The translations under genes were made by a program, and so were the position numbers. The notes under the pieces are model-generated. The model was not told the DNA's origin and ran no database searches. It saw only the letters and a program-made list of their open reading frames with translations. From positions 23,126 to 87,125 of the forward strand of contig CAJFCJ010000113.1 in the NCBI GenBank assembly GCA_904063045.1: DNA of 64,000 nucleotides. The letters are read 5' to 3'. Below, piece by piece: positions 26,318 through 38,430 of this stretch. The DNA comes from Dimorphilus gyrociliatus. Taxonomy: Eukaryota; Animalia; Annelida. Each line of letters starts with the position of its first letter. Position 1 is the first letter of the stretch.

Positions 26318-26494
26318 CAGAAAATGTCCACAAATGGCTACCTTTACCCTAACCCTAACACAGCCCTTGGCTTTACCTAACCTTTAGATGAGACCTCTTT
26401 AAGCAGAAATCAGTTTCTGTGCTTCTCCTTAGCATTTTTTAATCTAAAACCTAGCCTTGAAATTTCTCATTTGTGGACATTTTCTGTTGACCCC
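26318..26494. mobile_element. MITE with 19-bp inverted repeats and internal telomere-like motif
   Basis: CAGAAAATGTCCACAAATG (26318) ... CATTTGTGGACATTTTCTG (26468-26486), with an internal TACCCTAACCCTAAC. Confidence 0.8.
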
Positions 26495-26874
26495 ATTGCT
26501 ATTTTGGTCTATACCTATTCAAAATTCATGAAATAATCTGTAAATGGAAAATAATTAATAATGTTTAACATGAAAAGGAGCTAGGGTTAGGTTAGGGTCA
26601 GGTTAACCTAACCCTGAAAGTAAAAATAGTTTAGTTTTGTTTTTTTATAGAAATTTTTTTTGTATGTTCTTGTTTGAATGTGTTCTTAGAATTTAAAAAA
26701 TCAATAGATAGATAGGTTATCTTTGTATTAATTTTTGTTCAAAACATCTTGCTTTTGCCAAATTAAAAAGAAATTAATATTTTAAATCCAACACATTCAA
26801 TCCCTTAAATTGCTTCAAGTGTCTATTTTCTATGACTGCTTCACAAATACCAAATAGGTACTCTTATAAATGTG

Positions 26875-27030
26875 CTCTGATCTACTATAGATAAGCAGTA
26901 TTGAATTTGTATTGCACTGGCTAATAAGCACTGAGAGATAAGCAGTGTTGACTACTACTACTAGGATCAGAACTTGGAAAATACAATTGTGACAAGGCAG
27001 AAATTCCTACAATTCTAAAACAACTAAGTA
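26875..27030 (+). mobile_element. Internally deleted, diverged family B LTR remnant
   Basis: The 5' U3-like TCTACTATAGATAAG..GTATTG..GAGATAAGCAG is joined directly to the 3'-end-like TGTGACAAGGCAGAAATTCCTACAATT. Confidence 0.65.
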
Positions 27031-27104
27031 AATTTTACTGGAGTAATATTATTAAATAAGTCAGTCAACTGATAAGCAAGACATTTTGTATTGATATACC
27101 AAAA

Positions 27105-28883
27105 ATGTGTGATGAACACAACAATAAAATAGATAATTCTATTGAAAGAACTAAAATTACTTATTTGTTGGAAAATGCTCTTTTAGCTTCTAGATTTCAA
27201 ATGATTTTTGATGGGCTGAAACTCTGTAAAAATTTAAAAATACTTAAAATAATAGATTGTAATTTAAATAATGAAAAGGCAAGATACATTGGAAATACAC
27301 TATTATATTTGTCTCTATTACAATATGTGGATTTTTCCAGAAACTGTGATACAGGAGTTGGATTTAAACTGATTTGTAATGGATTGCAGTTATGTTGTAA
27401 TAGTTTAACAAGAATCAATGTGAGTGACTGTAATTTGAGTATTGAACAGACAAAAAATCTAGGAGAGATGCTTAAACATTGTACTCGAATAGAAAATGTT
27501 AATTTATCGGGAAATTGGAATATGGGACATGGATTTGGAGTGATATGTGATGGACTGAAATCATCTGTGAAGGCATTAAAAACAATTGATTTAAGTTGTT
27601 GCACACTAAATAATAAGCATATGAAATATCTAGGAAAAACATTACAGCACTGTAATTCATTAGAATCAATAATACTTTTTGGAAATGGTGAACTGGAAAA
27701 AGGATTTAAAATTTTCTGCAATGGATTAAAATCATCTTCTACTTCTTTAAAGAGGCTCAGCATAACTTTGAATAATTTTAATCATGGACAGATACAATTT
27801 CTAGGAGAAACATTCAAATTGTGTTCATCATTGGAACATGTTCATTTAAGTTTGAGTACTAATATTGGTAATGGATTTAATATAATATGTAATGGGTTAA
27901 AGTCATCTTCCAAAGCTTTAAGAAAAATTGATCTGAGTTGTAATTCTTTAAATTCCCAACAATCTGAATATTTAGGCAAAACATTTCAATATTGTTCTGT
28001 CTTGGAAAGTGTTAATTTATCTCAAAATAAGAAGATGGGTGATAATGGATTCAGAATGATATGTAATGGAATCAAATCATCTTATAAATCTTTGAGAATA
28101 ATTAACATGAATCAGTGTGATTTGAATAACCAACAAGCCATCTATCTGGGAGAAATGCTGGGACAGTGTTTCTCCTTAGAATATGTGAATTTATCTTGTA
28201 ATCCTTGTATGGATAACAATGGATTTAAAGTAATTTGTAATGGTCTTATCTCCTCTTCTAAAACCTTAAAGTCAATTGATCTAAATTCATGCAATCTGAA
28301 TAGAACTCAAGCGAAATATCTAGGAGAATCAATCCAACAATGCCACTGTCTTGAAAAAATAGATATAAATTTCAATAGCACAATGGAAATTGGGTTTAAT
28401 TCAATTTGCAATGGACTGAAAACATCTTCCAACTGTTTAAAAACAATAAATGTAAGCTTATGCAATTTGGGTGAGGAGCAAACAAATTGTCTTGCAGAGG
28501 CAATTCAACATTGTCCATTATTAGAAAATCTTAATTTATATGAGAATAGAAATATGGGAAATGGATTTAAAACGATTTGTAATGGATTAAAGTCATGTTC
28601 AAAGAGTTTAAAAACAATTAATATTGGGTTGTGCAATTTAAATGATATTCAAGGAGATTGTCTTGGAAAAACATTTCATGTTTGTTCATTATTGGAAAAT
28701 GTTGATTTAACTGATAATAGGAATATAGGAGATGGATTTAAAACAATTTGCAATGGATTGAAAACATCCTTCTACACTTTGAAGTCTATCTCTGTGAAAC
28801 AGTGTAATTTGAATAAAGAACAAACAAAATCTCTGGCAGATGTAGTCTCCCTTTGTGTTTCATTAAAGAATTTGAAATTTTAA
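27105..28883 (+). CDS. Intronless LRR-only protein, ribonuclease-inhibitor/NLR-type alternating repeats
   Basis: Intact 592-aa ORF with ten 57-58-aa units each containing ICNGLKSS-like helices (~20 LRRs). No signal peptide, TM or NACHT. Confidence 0.88.
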   Translation: MCDEHNNKIDNSIERTKITYLLENALLASRFQMIFDGLKLCKNLKILKIIDCNLNNEKARYIGNTLLYLSLLQYVDFSRNCDTGVGFKLICNGLQLCCNSLTRINVSDCNLSIEQTKNLGEMLKHCTRIENVNLSGNWNMGHGFGVICDGLKSSVKALKTIDLSCCTLNNKHMKYLGKTLQHCNSLESIILFGNGELEKGFKIFCNGLKSSSTSLKRLSITLNNFNHGQIQFLGETFKLCSSLEHVHLSLSTNIGNGFNIICNGLKSSSKALRKIDLSCNSLNSQQSEYLGKTFQYCSVLESVNLSQNKKMGDNGFRMICNGIKSSYKSLRIINMNQCDLNNQQAIYLGEMLGQCFSLEYVNLSCNPCMDNNGFKVICNGLISSSKTLKSIDLNSCNLNRTQAKYLGESIQQCHCLEKIDINFNSTMEIGFNSICNGLKTSSNCLKTINVSLCNLGEEQTNCLAEAIQHCPLLENLNLYENRNMGNGFKTICNGLKSCSKSLKTINIGLCNLNDIQGDCLGKTFHVCSLLENVDLTDNRNIGDGFKTICNGLKTSFYTLKSISVKQCNLNKEQTKSLADVVSLCVSLKNLKF

Positions 28884-29228
28884 AGGTTAGTAATTTGTGG
28901 ACAACTTGAAATAAAATGATGACATGTATAAAGGATTTATAAACATTTGTGATGGTTTGAAATTGTCATATAGAATTTTCAAAAATATGAATATTAGGAT
29001 ACTTATTATACACTTAAAAATTATGATATATTGATATTTAGAAGGAAATTTAGAAAGATTTCTATTTCTTAGAAATTGGAATGATGGAACTTTGGAAAGA
29101 CTTTTATTTTGTAAAAATGGATTTTTAAATAATTCATGAACTGAGGCCACTTTGCCAAAAGGTGTTTCTACACAACAAGTCAGTCTTATCAGCATCTGGT
29201 ATTAGATCAGTTGTAACAATTTTGTCAT

Positions 29229-30337
29229 TGTACACATAGGTACAATACATTCGTCAGCTCTATTTTACAATAAATAAGTAGTATTAAACTAGTATTGTAC
29301 TGTGCTGATAGTACAGATAGAGATAAGCAGGCTTGACTTACTTTCGCGTAGGGCGGTGCCTGTGCAAGGCGCGGCAACTTATTTCAAGCTAAATATTGTA
29401 ATTGTACACATACATTCGTCAGCTATATTCTACAATAGAGAAGTAGTATTGAACCAGTATTGTACTATGCAGATAGCACTGATAAAGATAAGCAGTAGTG
29501 ACCTAGTTTCGCATAGGGCAGTGCATACACATTATGCAGCAATAAAACCTATTAAATTATATAAAGAATATTTGCTATTTGCAACCTAGCATTAATATTA
29601 CAATTTATTAATCCATACATTTATGATTTCGAACTAAAACTAGTTCAATTAATTATCAATTATGCTTAAATTCTAAGTTTAGATTATATTCACTATTCAA
29701 CAGTATTGTATACACAATACTGTTCTTTTTAACATGCATTAATCAGATATACTTCCTCCTTATATGCTGATGCTAAATTTACTAACTCAATCAATTCAAT
29801 ATCATTATTAAGGTAGAATATAAAAATGGTCAAATATACAATCTACATGTTTTCTTGATTGTTGGACTTGTCCTACTAAAATTGTTACATCTTATGCAAC
29901 TCTCCAACCTTCGAAATTCAACTATTATTTAGAAGAGGAAAACAATAAAAACATGACCATATTTAGAACTTTTCTTTGTCTTCAAATGTTACTTTTGTTT
30001 TTGTGAACATTGAAATTTGTGAACTATCAACCCTTAAAAGAGTATATAAACCCTACGAAATTAACAGTTGATAGTTCAGTTTTCTAACCGTCAGCTAGTT
30101 GTTTAAACTAGCTTGTTTAGAACTAGAAGCTCATTTTACTCAATACGTATTCTTTGGACGAAATACTGGTGTTTTGTTAACTAATTTCTACCGAAATTGA
30201 CTTTGTTAGACTATTTGTGGACAAACTTTAAAGGTTCTATTTGTTTGAGTACTTTGGCAAGTTGGTAAATGATTGGAAAGGACAATTACAGTTGTGACGA
30301 ACCAGAAATTCCTACAATTACAATACAACAAAGTACA
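29229..30337 (+). mobile_element. Family B LTR (29403-30337, 935 bp) preceded by an extra partial 5' unit (29229-29390)
   Basis: TGTACACATACATTCGTCAGCT...CAACAAAGTACA (TGTAC/GTACA termini). It differs from 43608-44542 by about a dozen substitutions. No PBS follows and there is no TSD. Confidence 0.92.
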
Positions 30338-31769
30338 AAATGACTTAAAGTGTAATCTTACATTTGAACTTTTAATCTATTAATTGCTAAACTATTACAT
30401 TCCATAAGACTGGAAAATCTAGTCTTAGCCTGGTTAAGGTAAAGTTAAATATTTACTGTCGCGTTAATTTTTCACCTGACAAAAAGAATTGTCTCAAGAT
30501 ACTGCTTCTTCTGTCTTCGCCGCACATATACATTATGCAGCATATAATATAACTTATTTAGTTAAAATATTCTGCATCTCAAAGACTTTTAGCGCTTTAT
30601 TCATAAGATGTCTTCCACTTTATTACAAATAACTTTGTATAAAACAAACAGCAGTTTTGTGATAGTACTATACTATAGATATTGTCTAAAATACCATAGG
30701 GCATTTCCAACATTATCTATAATATTAAATGCATCTAAGTAGATTTAGATGAGATACTTGGCTGAAATTCATGCAATATTATCTTACAATGAAACGACTT
30801 CAAGGTTCATGTTTACTTATTAGTTGTAGAAAAAATTTTCATCACTCTTTCATAGTTTTTTATGTTTCGATTTTTTGGTTTGTCATCCATATTTTGGAAA
30901 ATATAATGATTCCATTATAATGCTAATGATATTTGATTATTCAAGCTAATGTAACATAAATATTTTTGATTGTTTAGACTTTAAAATGATTGAAGAAAAT
31001 GATATTTTAATAAAATACTCAATTCGTGGAATCATTAATGGACAAATATATAATAGAATATATTTCAACATAAAAAATCTAAGTTTTCCAAAGAATTATC
31101 CATAACTTACTCAAATTTTTCTCATATAGAATATATCGACTCTAATATAAAAAATCATACAATTGAGCTGAGAGATGGCGGATCACCATGTTGTCAACTG
31201 TAATTTCTATAAATGAATAAGATTACAAAACTATTTTTATCATTGTTTTTCAGCGTGAAATCTCGATGTTTTTCATCCATAGAAATGAATTTAAAATGCT
31301 TCAAAACAAATTCATCATGTAGTACAATTATTTAATTTTTTAAAATTACTTGTAAATACCTATCTCTTGTTCATCAGTTATCCTTGCAATGAGAATTACA
31401 AAATCAACTTATTCATTAATTTTTACATGAAAACAATCAATTGTTTTAAATTTTTTCACTTGAAAACAAAACAGAGATATTGTGTAGAAAAAGTAAAATA
31501 GCTGTAGATTTTCAATTAAAAATTCAGAGAAATGTTGAATATTTTTTGAATTGAAAAATAACAATAATTTTCATGTTATGAATAATTCAAACAGAACTGA
31601 ACATGCTCATATTTTGAAACAGATGGTTTTTATATAATTTCATTTGGATTTTGTGTTGACAATGTCCATTTTCTTATTAAGGGATACTGGTTATATTTTT
31701 TTTTTTATAAACAATCAAATTCTCTATATTGAAGGAAAAGTAAATAAATATAATATTTATTCTTTTTTA

Positions 31770-32470
31770 CAACAGTGCCAGATGATTTAAATGATTACAA
31801 CGAGGAAGAACATTGTCAACCTGTATGGTCCCTAAGACCATCACATAAATTACATGATCAATTTAAAATGGAAGTTATCGATTTATCCAGTGTAGGAATG
31901 TGCTTGAATTATTGTCTCTCTCCTCAGATGTGCAAATCAGTTAGTTGGCTACACAAGTTAGTAAATTATAAATTTCACTGTTTGAATATATTAATTATCA
32001 TATTCATATCTTAATATCTGCTTAAAGAGAAAAGTATAGAACAGAATGTATCATTTACAATTCAAATAGTTCAATGGTGAAATATGATGATAGCAAATTT
32101 ATCCAATCAAATTATCATTATTATGAGTATTTTTGCTTTGATAGAAAGAGCTATAAACTGTTTCCAGAAGGAAATTATGAACAAGAACAAGATTTTAATG
32201 TTATTGTACACTATGATAATCTCGCTTACCCTGACATAGATAAGCACTATCGTCTTGGTTACGTTAATACTCCACAGAGTGGCGTCAGGTGTGCTAAAAC
32301 TGTTGAATGCTATTTACAAGTTGATTTTGAAAAATTGGTTTTATTGACTTCCTTTACCACATCTCCCCAATTGACTTCTTCATTTTAAACTATTAGAGCT
32401 CAAGTTTTTTATAGAAGATCTATCTATCATCACTGGTTACCAATAAATGATAAGGATGGAGATATTATTG
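31770..32470 (+). pseudogene. PAN/apple domain plus F5/8 type C (discoidin) exons
   Basis: SSVGMCLNYCLSPQMCKSVSW (PAN cysteine pattern), then CYLQVDFEKLVLLTSFTT...*TIRAQVFY..SIYHHWLPIND (discoidin) with an in-frame stop. Confidence 0.6.
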
Positions 32471-33449
32471 TAAGATATTCAATGTTTTATAGAAGATTTT
32501 ATGCTAATTCACACAAATAGAACTATTGAATGTTCATCCCACTTTTCCAACTACGAATACTGTTCCAATGAAAGTTCTTTAGTTCCAAAAAATGCCTTTT
32601 GATCTGCAACACTAAATGATTATTTAGAAATTTTTTCTTCAAACACCTTTTTATAAATTTTCATACTAAGATTAAGCCTTAAGAGAAATATTGCTGTACT
32701 AACACTAACTTCTTGTACTTGTTGTAAACTGAGTAAAGATATCTTTTCATTGACTCTGAGTCTTTCTATTTAGGGGAAAAATAGATAAATTATTCAGTTA
32801 TATTCAAACAAACCCCTAGATTTTGAATTTAAAATTTTCCCTTAAAAATTTACTTTCTGTCCTTTTGTCCTTTGTCTGTTTTAGGGTTTTTCATTTTCAA
32901 TTCATCTTATAGATAATATAGAGATAAACAGAAGGTTATATGGACAAAGAAGAACTGCAAAAAATGTCAAACGATTCAAGTAACTTTTCCTGGCACATAT
33001 GACAAATGGGAATCAGCAGTTAAATACCATGGCAATATTACTTATTTATTGATTAATGAAATTTGACAATTTAGAGACTATGAAATGTTTGTCATGCCAT
33101 GTTATAAAACCATTACAAATAAAGTCTTTTAATATGTATTAGGAAAAAAAAACAATTAAAATAACTAACCCTCCATCAATATATGCTCAACTTTCAGAAA
33201 TCCAACGTGGATAGGGTTTTCTATTCTTTAAAGGGAATAAGTTTAACAATTCTGAACATTGTTCAATCAAAAGTTTCTTGCATTTTGAACATAATTCTGA
33301 TTTTTCACAATAAGTTCTCATAAATTGATACATATTCATTATTGAACAAAGCTTGACATTTTCCCTTAATGAGTATCCTCTCATCATTCATATAATTTAA
33401 TCATTTTTTTCACATCTATTTATTATTTTATACATAAAAATAAGCCATT

Positions 33450-34713
33450 AATCCATTACAAATCATTTCAAATCCATTTAAGCATATTGTATATTTTCAT
33501 AAAAGAAAATGAACATTCAATTAGTGCAGTTCTGAAATGTTCTCCCTGATATTCATATAAATCACAATAAGAAACATCAATTTTTTCAAAATAAACTATT
33601 GGATTAAATTTAATATTTGAAACCAGAAAATTAAAAGAGAGTTAAACATGATATCAATCATTTTCCTTCCTTTCTTACCAGCTAAATTCTGGTAAAAGAA
33701 AGTTTAAAATTCCAAAATATATATTTACAAATATTTTCTACAATGCCAAAAGAAAAGATTACTTACTGAGACCAATAATAGTATAGAGATAAGATATTTG
33801 CCAACAACCATAATATATTAATAAATGTTCTTATTCATTTTTGGGTGTTATGGAAAACGTCCGCAAATTCATGCTTTTACCCTAACCCAATTCTTGTGAT
33901 TACTTTAAATGAGATCCCCCCTCCAAGTATACATTAGAAAATTTGAAAAAATTGACTAAAATTGACTAAAAATCTGTTGTAGATTGAGAAAATGAAGATT
34001 AGCAAAAAAGTTAAATGCTTATTTACTTATTTTACAATTGACTGAGTTGGGTTTTCTGCTGGAGAAAAGTTGAACAAAAGCTTCAAATCGCTTTTAAATA
34101 GATCATTTATCATTGTCAATTTGCACCTTGTGCAAGAAGATGGAACAATCAATTATCCATATTTTACATTTTCAAAGATATAGACTGAATTTGAACATTC
34201 ATTTACGACAATTCTTAAACGCTCTGCTTGATATTCATTTGGATAACAATTTATAAGATCAATTCGTTTAGGTGTATTTGCAGGAGACTTTAATCCTGAA
34301 CAAATCATTTCAAATCCATAATTTCTAAATGTAATACAAGACAAATTTATAAAAGTTAAGCATGAACATTCATTTATCATAACTGCCAAATGTTCTTCTT
34401 GCTCAGTTAACCTGCAATATGTGAGATCAAGATGTTGTAGTGTATGAGCAGAAGATTTCAATCCATAACAAATCATTTTAAGTCCATTACCCATCATGCC
34501 ATTATAACCTAAATTGAAATGAACTAAATGTGAGCATTGATTAATTGCAATTCCTAAATGTTCTGCTTGATCTTCATCTAAATGACAATAAGAAACATCA
34601 AGTTTTTCCAGGGTATGTTCAGAAGATATTAATCCATTACAAATTGTTTTGAATCCATCATGCATTACCCAATTAAAATGCAAATTGATAAACTGTATGT
34701 GTAACCTTGACAT
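33450..34713 (-). pseudogene. RI-type LRR pseudogene
   Basis: ORF 34153-34713 (GFKTICNGLISSEHTLEKLDVSYCHL...) plus a further remnant FEKIDVSYCDL...NGFEMICNGL at ~33450-33600. Confidence 0.8.
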
Positions 34714-35490
34714 TAGTGAAATAGGTGACTTATTACACGAATTTACATCATTACAAAGTATTAATTTAGAAGAAAATGATTTTCATGCTGAAGAATTTGA
34801 GAATATACATGATGGCTTGAAATCATAAATTAACTTGTAAATTAACTGATGGTGAAGCTTTTTCAGCTTTAAGATCTATTAAACGGTTGTTTATTTGTAA
34901 AAAGATTGTATTTTAGATGTAACAATTTCAAAATCAATCTTTTCAAGAAACTATATTTCCTCTGTCTCTGCCTCCCCTATTTTACATGGAAATTGATGAA
35001 GATGTTTTAGAATTTGGATTTTTTTTAAAAATAAGACAAATTTCAAGATAAGTGGTTGAGTAACCATCTACTCTTGAGGCAACACCATCACAACATGATA
35101 TATAGTAAGTATGATTTATATTCTATCTACAAAATATAGTTCATAAGTGTACATTGACATTGCCTTCGTGTTTTTACTTTTAGTTGAAAATGTGGAGAGA
35201 AATATGCAAAAACTGACACAATTGTATCTACAATACAAAATCAAAGAAGCAAGAACATTTTTGTTATTCAAATCTATTCTGATAAGACATTGTCGAATCT
35301 CATCTAAATTGAACATTCAACAATAACAATAGCCTTGTTTGATTGGAATGTAAGTGAGAAGGTTAATTATAAAAAGTCTATTATCACATGATTGACTCCA
35401 ATTTTTAAATTTATTATTAATTTTCTAATACCTATCCTTTTTTCTTTGTAATATCGCTCTTTCATCAAACTGAAAATAAAAAATTAATGT

Positions 35491-36240
35491 TGTACTTTGT
35501 TGTATAGTAATTGTAGGAATTTCTGGTTCATCACCACTGATTTGGTCCTTTCCAATCATTTACCAATTTACCAAAGTACTCAAACAAATAGAACCTTTCA
35601 AGTTCGTCCACAAGTAGTTTGATAAATGTAACTTCGGTAGAAATTAATCAACAAAATACGAGTATTTCGTGCAAAGAATATGTATTGAGTAAAAACGAGT
35701 TTCTAGTTCTAAATAAGCAAGTTTAAACAACTAGCTATCAGTTAGAGAACTGAACTATCAACTGTTAATTTCTAAGGGTTTATATACTCTTTTAAGAGTT
35801 GATAGTTCACCAATTTCAATGTTCACAAAAACAAAAGTAACATTTTTAAGACAAAGAAAAGTTCTAAATATGGTCATGTTGTTATAAGGGAAGATATCTG
35901 ATGAATATATATGTTATGTATAGTAGGATTGTGTATACAATACTACTAATTAATGAATAAAATCTAAAATTGATGACAAAAGCATATTTGTCATTCAATT
36001 AAATTAATTTCAATTAAAGTTGATAAATTTATAAATTCATTCATTGAAATATTCAAGTTTATGATGGAAATAACTATTTTTATATATGATTTAATAGAAT
36101 GAATGCAGCACCTTGTGTATGTACCACACTATGCAAATCTAGGTCAATCCTGCTTATCTATCAGTGTTATCAGTACTCGACAATACAAGTTTAATACTAC
36201 TTATCTATAGTAGAATAGAGCTGACGAATGTATGTGTACA
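35491..36240 (-). mobile_element. Family B (subtype B2) solo LTR with internal deletion
   Basis: Both LTR termini are present. Nearly identical to 61707-62730 but lacks one U3 unit and a segment at ~35880. The flanks AATGT/GTCAG are not a TSD. Confidence 0.9.
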
Positions 36241-36244
36241 GTCA

Positions 36245-37200
36245 GGGCTGTTATATAATCTAAAGGCCACAGAATATTTGATTGTGACTTGAAATTTTGA
36301 AAATTCAAAATGCTATAGAGAAAATTACAGGCATTATCCTTAACTTTATTACATTTTAGTGAAACAAGAGTGAATTTAATTTCAACTTTTGGAGAAAATA
36401 TCATACATTTCTGATTGATGTCTTCAATATTTTGACATTTTGTTAAATATGGCATTCATTTCTATTAAACAATTTACAAATATACTTTGGAAGATTGTTT
36501 TAAAAAAACATAGCCTTTTGAGACCTCTAAATCATCTGTTTTATCAAAGCAACTATTCTCTTTCAGTGACATTGACATCAGGCCACAAAATACTTGGCAG
36601 TAGAAAATGGATGAACTCTCTTTTCCATTGTAGACTGTTAATAATAAGCCATATGTTTTGGATTTGATAAAATATGACATTGTTTCAGTTGAGACATATG
36701 ATAAAAAATATTTTTCCCAATTTTTTGCTTCACTGTATTCTAATACTTGAAAATCTTTGAAAAAGACACAAAAGTAAAACATGTCCCGATATTGTTTTTT
36801 GAAAAACCTTCAAAATCCATATATGAACAATAAACATAATGAACATTCTGAGATATTTCATCAGTCATTATTGATTTACTTGAATTTAGAAATAGTTTCA
36901 TTTGTCTTGAAATATTGGCTGCAGCCATTGGATATTGAAGAATAAAGCTACTTTTCCTACATATTTCCTTTCTGTCCTCTGGATAAGAATAAACTTTGTA
37001 GTATTTAAAATCTATATTGAAATATAGTTGATATCTATTCTCTGATATTTGACTAGAAAAATATTCTGCTATAATATCCAATGGAATATTTGAAGTTAAT
37101 ATTCAAAAAATTCAACATTTATCTAGAGATTACCTTTTTTAGAACAAATTAAAAGTATTCCATTTGCATTGTCATCCTTTTTTGAATTACTTGAAATAAT
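36245..37200 (-). pseudogene. Broken exons paralogous to 53650-54190, probably receptor ectodomain
   Basis: SYFIKSKTYGLLLTVYNGKESSSIFYC aligns with SYVAKSKTFGHLPIV..ENGKTSTFIC at ~53700. Frames are interrupted and the product is unassigned. Confidence 0.4.
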
Positions 37201-37243
37201 TCTGGAAGATGGATTTATCATGATTAGCTAAATGATTTTTTCA

Positions 37244-37410
37244 GGATGTGACAGAAAACATCCATGGACTGACAGAAACGTCCATGGACCAACAGAAAAC
37301 GTCCATGGACTGACAGAAAATGTCTATAGACTGACAGAAAACATCCATGGACCAATAGAGAATGTCCATAAACTGTCAGAAATTGTCCACTGCCAACAGA
37401 AAATGTTTTT
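37244..37410 (+). repeat. Tandem ~21-bp GGACTGACAGAAAACGTCCAT array (MULE subterminal repeats)
   Basis: About eight degenerate copies starting GGATGTGACAGAAAAC, with the same AAAACGTCC core as the other termini. Confidence 0.8.
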
Positions 37411-38430
37411 ATAAAAAAATAAAAAACTAAAAAAATTAGCAAAATTAAAAAATATAAAATAATCATGTACACTTATGAAGTATAGATAATAGATATGATA
37501 TTATTAATGGTACTTACCACATGATGCTAGAAGTAGTAGAGTAGATGTTGCCTCTAGGGTAGACAGTACCAAACTACCAGAATCAAGCCCTTTTATAGGC
37601 AAAAGATAAGATATTACATAACCAAACATGTTGACAACAACACCAAGTGTTTATTTACATAAATATGATGTAATAATTGACCCTTAAGGGTTTACCTACA
37701 CAAAGTTGTTGTTGTTGACATCACTATTGCATAATATGATAACCCTTGACCCTGTTTGTTGTGAACAATCCTTATCTAGAGTTAGACCCTTGTTGTTGAC
37801 ACCAATGGCACAAACAACTGATAAGGAATTGTATATAAGACAGGGCATAGGTAGTAACAGGCATTCAGTCCTGAATGAAGCCTCTTAGTGAACAGGTCTA
37901 GTATTACTTTAGAATACAGCTATATTGTTCTTACAAATTGGTTCTATATTCATCTTTATTCAATTCTACATCTCTTCTAAGTGGCTGACTCCTAATTCGG
38001 TTCTATTTGGACCAGTACTTACCTACAACCCAATAGCAGGAAAGTACAATCATCAAACTAAATTTTCTCTAGCATGTAATGAAAATTCTATTATTATGAA
38101 ATCAGCAATGAATGATACAAGTGAAAGGAACACAAATGAGGTAATTTCAATTGTTAACAGTTATTGTCACCTAACTCTAAGTTTTTTTGAGTAGCTGAGG
38201 CTTTCATTTTACTTTAACTTATCTGAATCACCAACTAATGAAGAAGAATTGCATTTCCTTGAAGACGGGACATGATATGGCAGAAGGATGTGTTGAAGAA
38301 TCAGTTCTTATATGGCCACAATCAATATCTTTTACTGTTTGTAACCATATCAAACAGTTGCTCTATTCTCAAGAAGAATGAACACTAATGATGTGTAATC
38401 ACATGTAGTCACACACAATTACATAACTAT

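Noticed and set aside
23380-27100. NACHT/NB-ARC domain upstream or downstream of the LRR ORFs
   Set aside because: No Walker A (GxxGxGK[ST]) or NACHT motifs were seen near any LRR ORF in this window.
27197-27763. Antisense ORFs (also 46357-46737, 56188-56418, 20319-20597)
   Set aside because: Shadows of real coding sequence on the opposite strand, with no motifs of their own.
37500-38420. Slightly GC-richer segment with short ORFs
   Set aside because: No recognisable motif in any frame I translated. It may be decayed TE, and needs BLASTx or Dfam.
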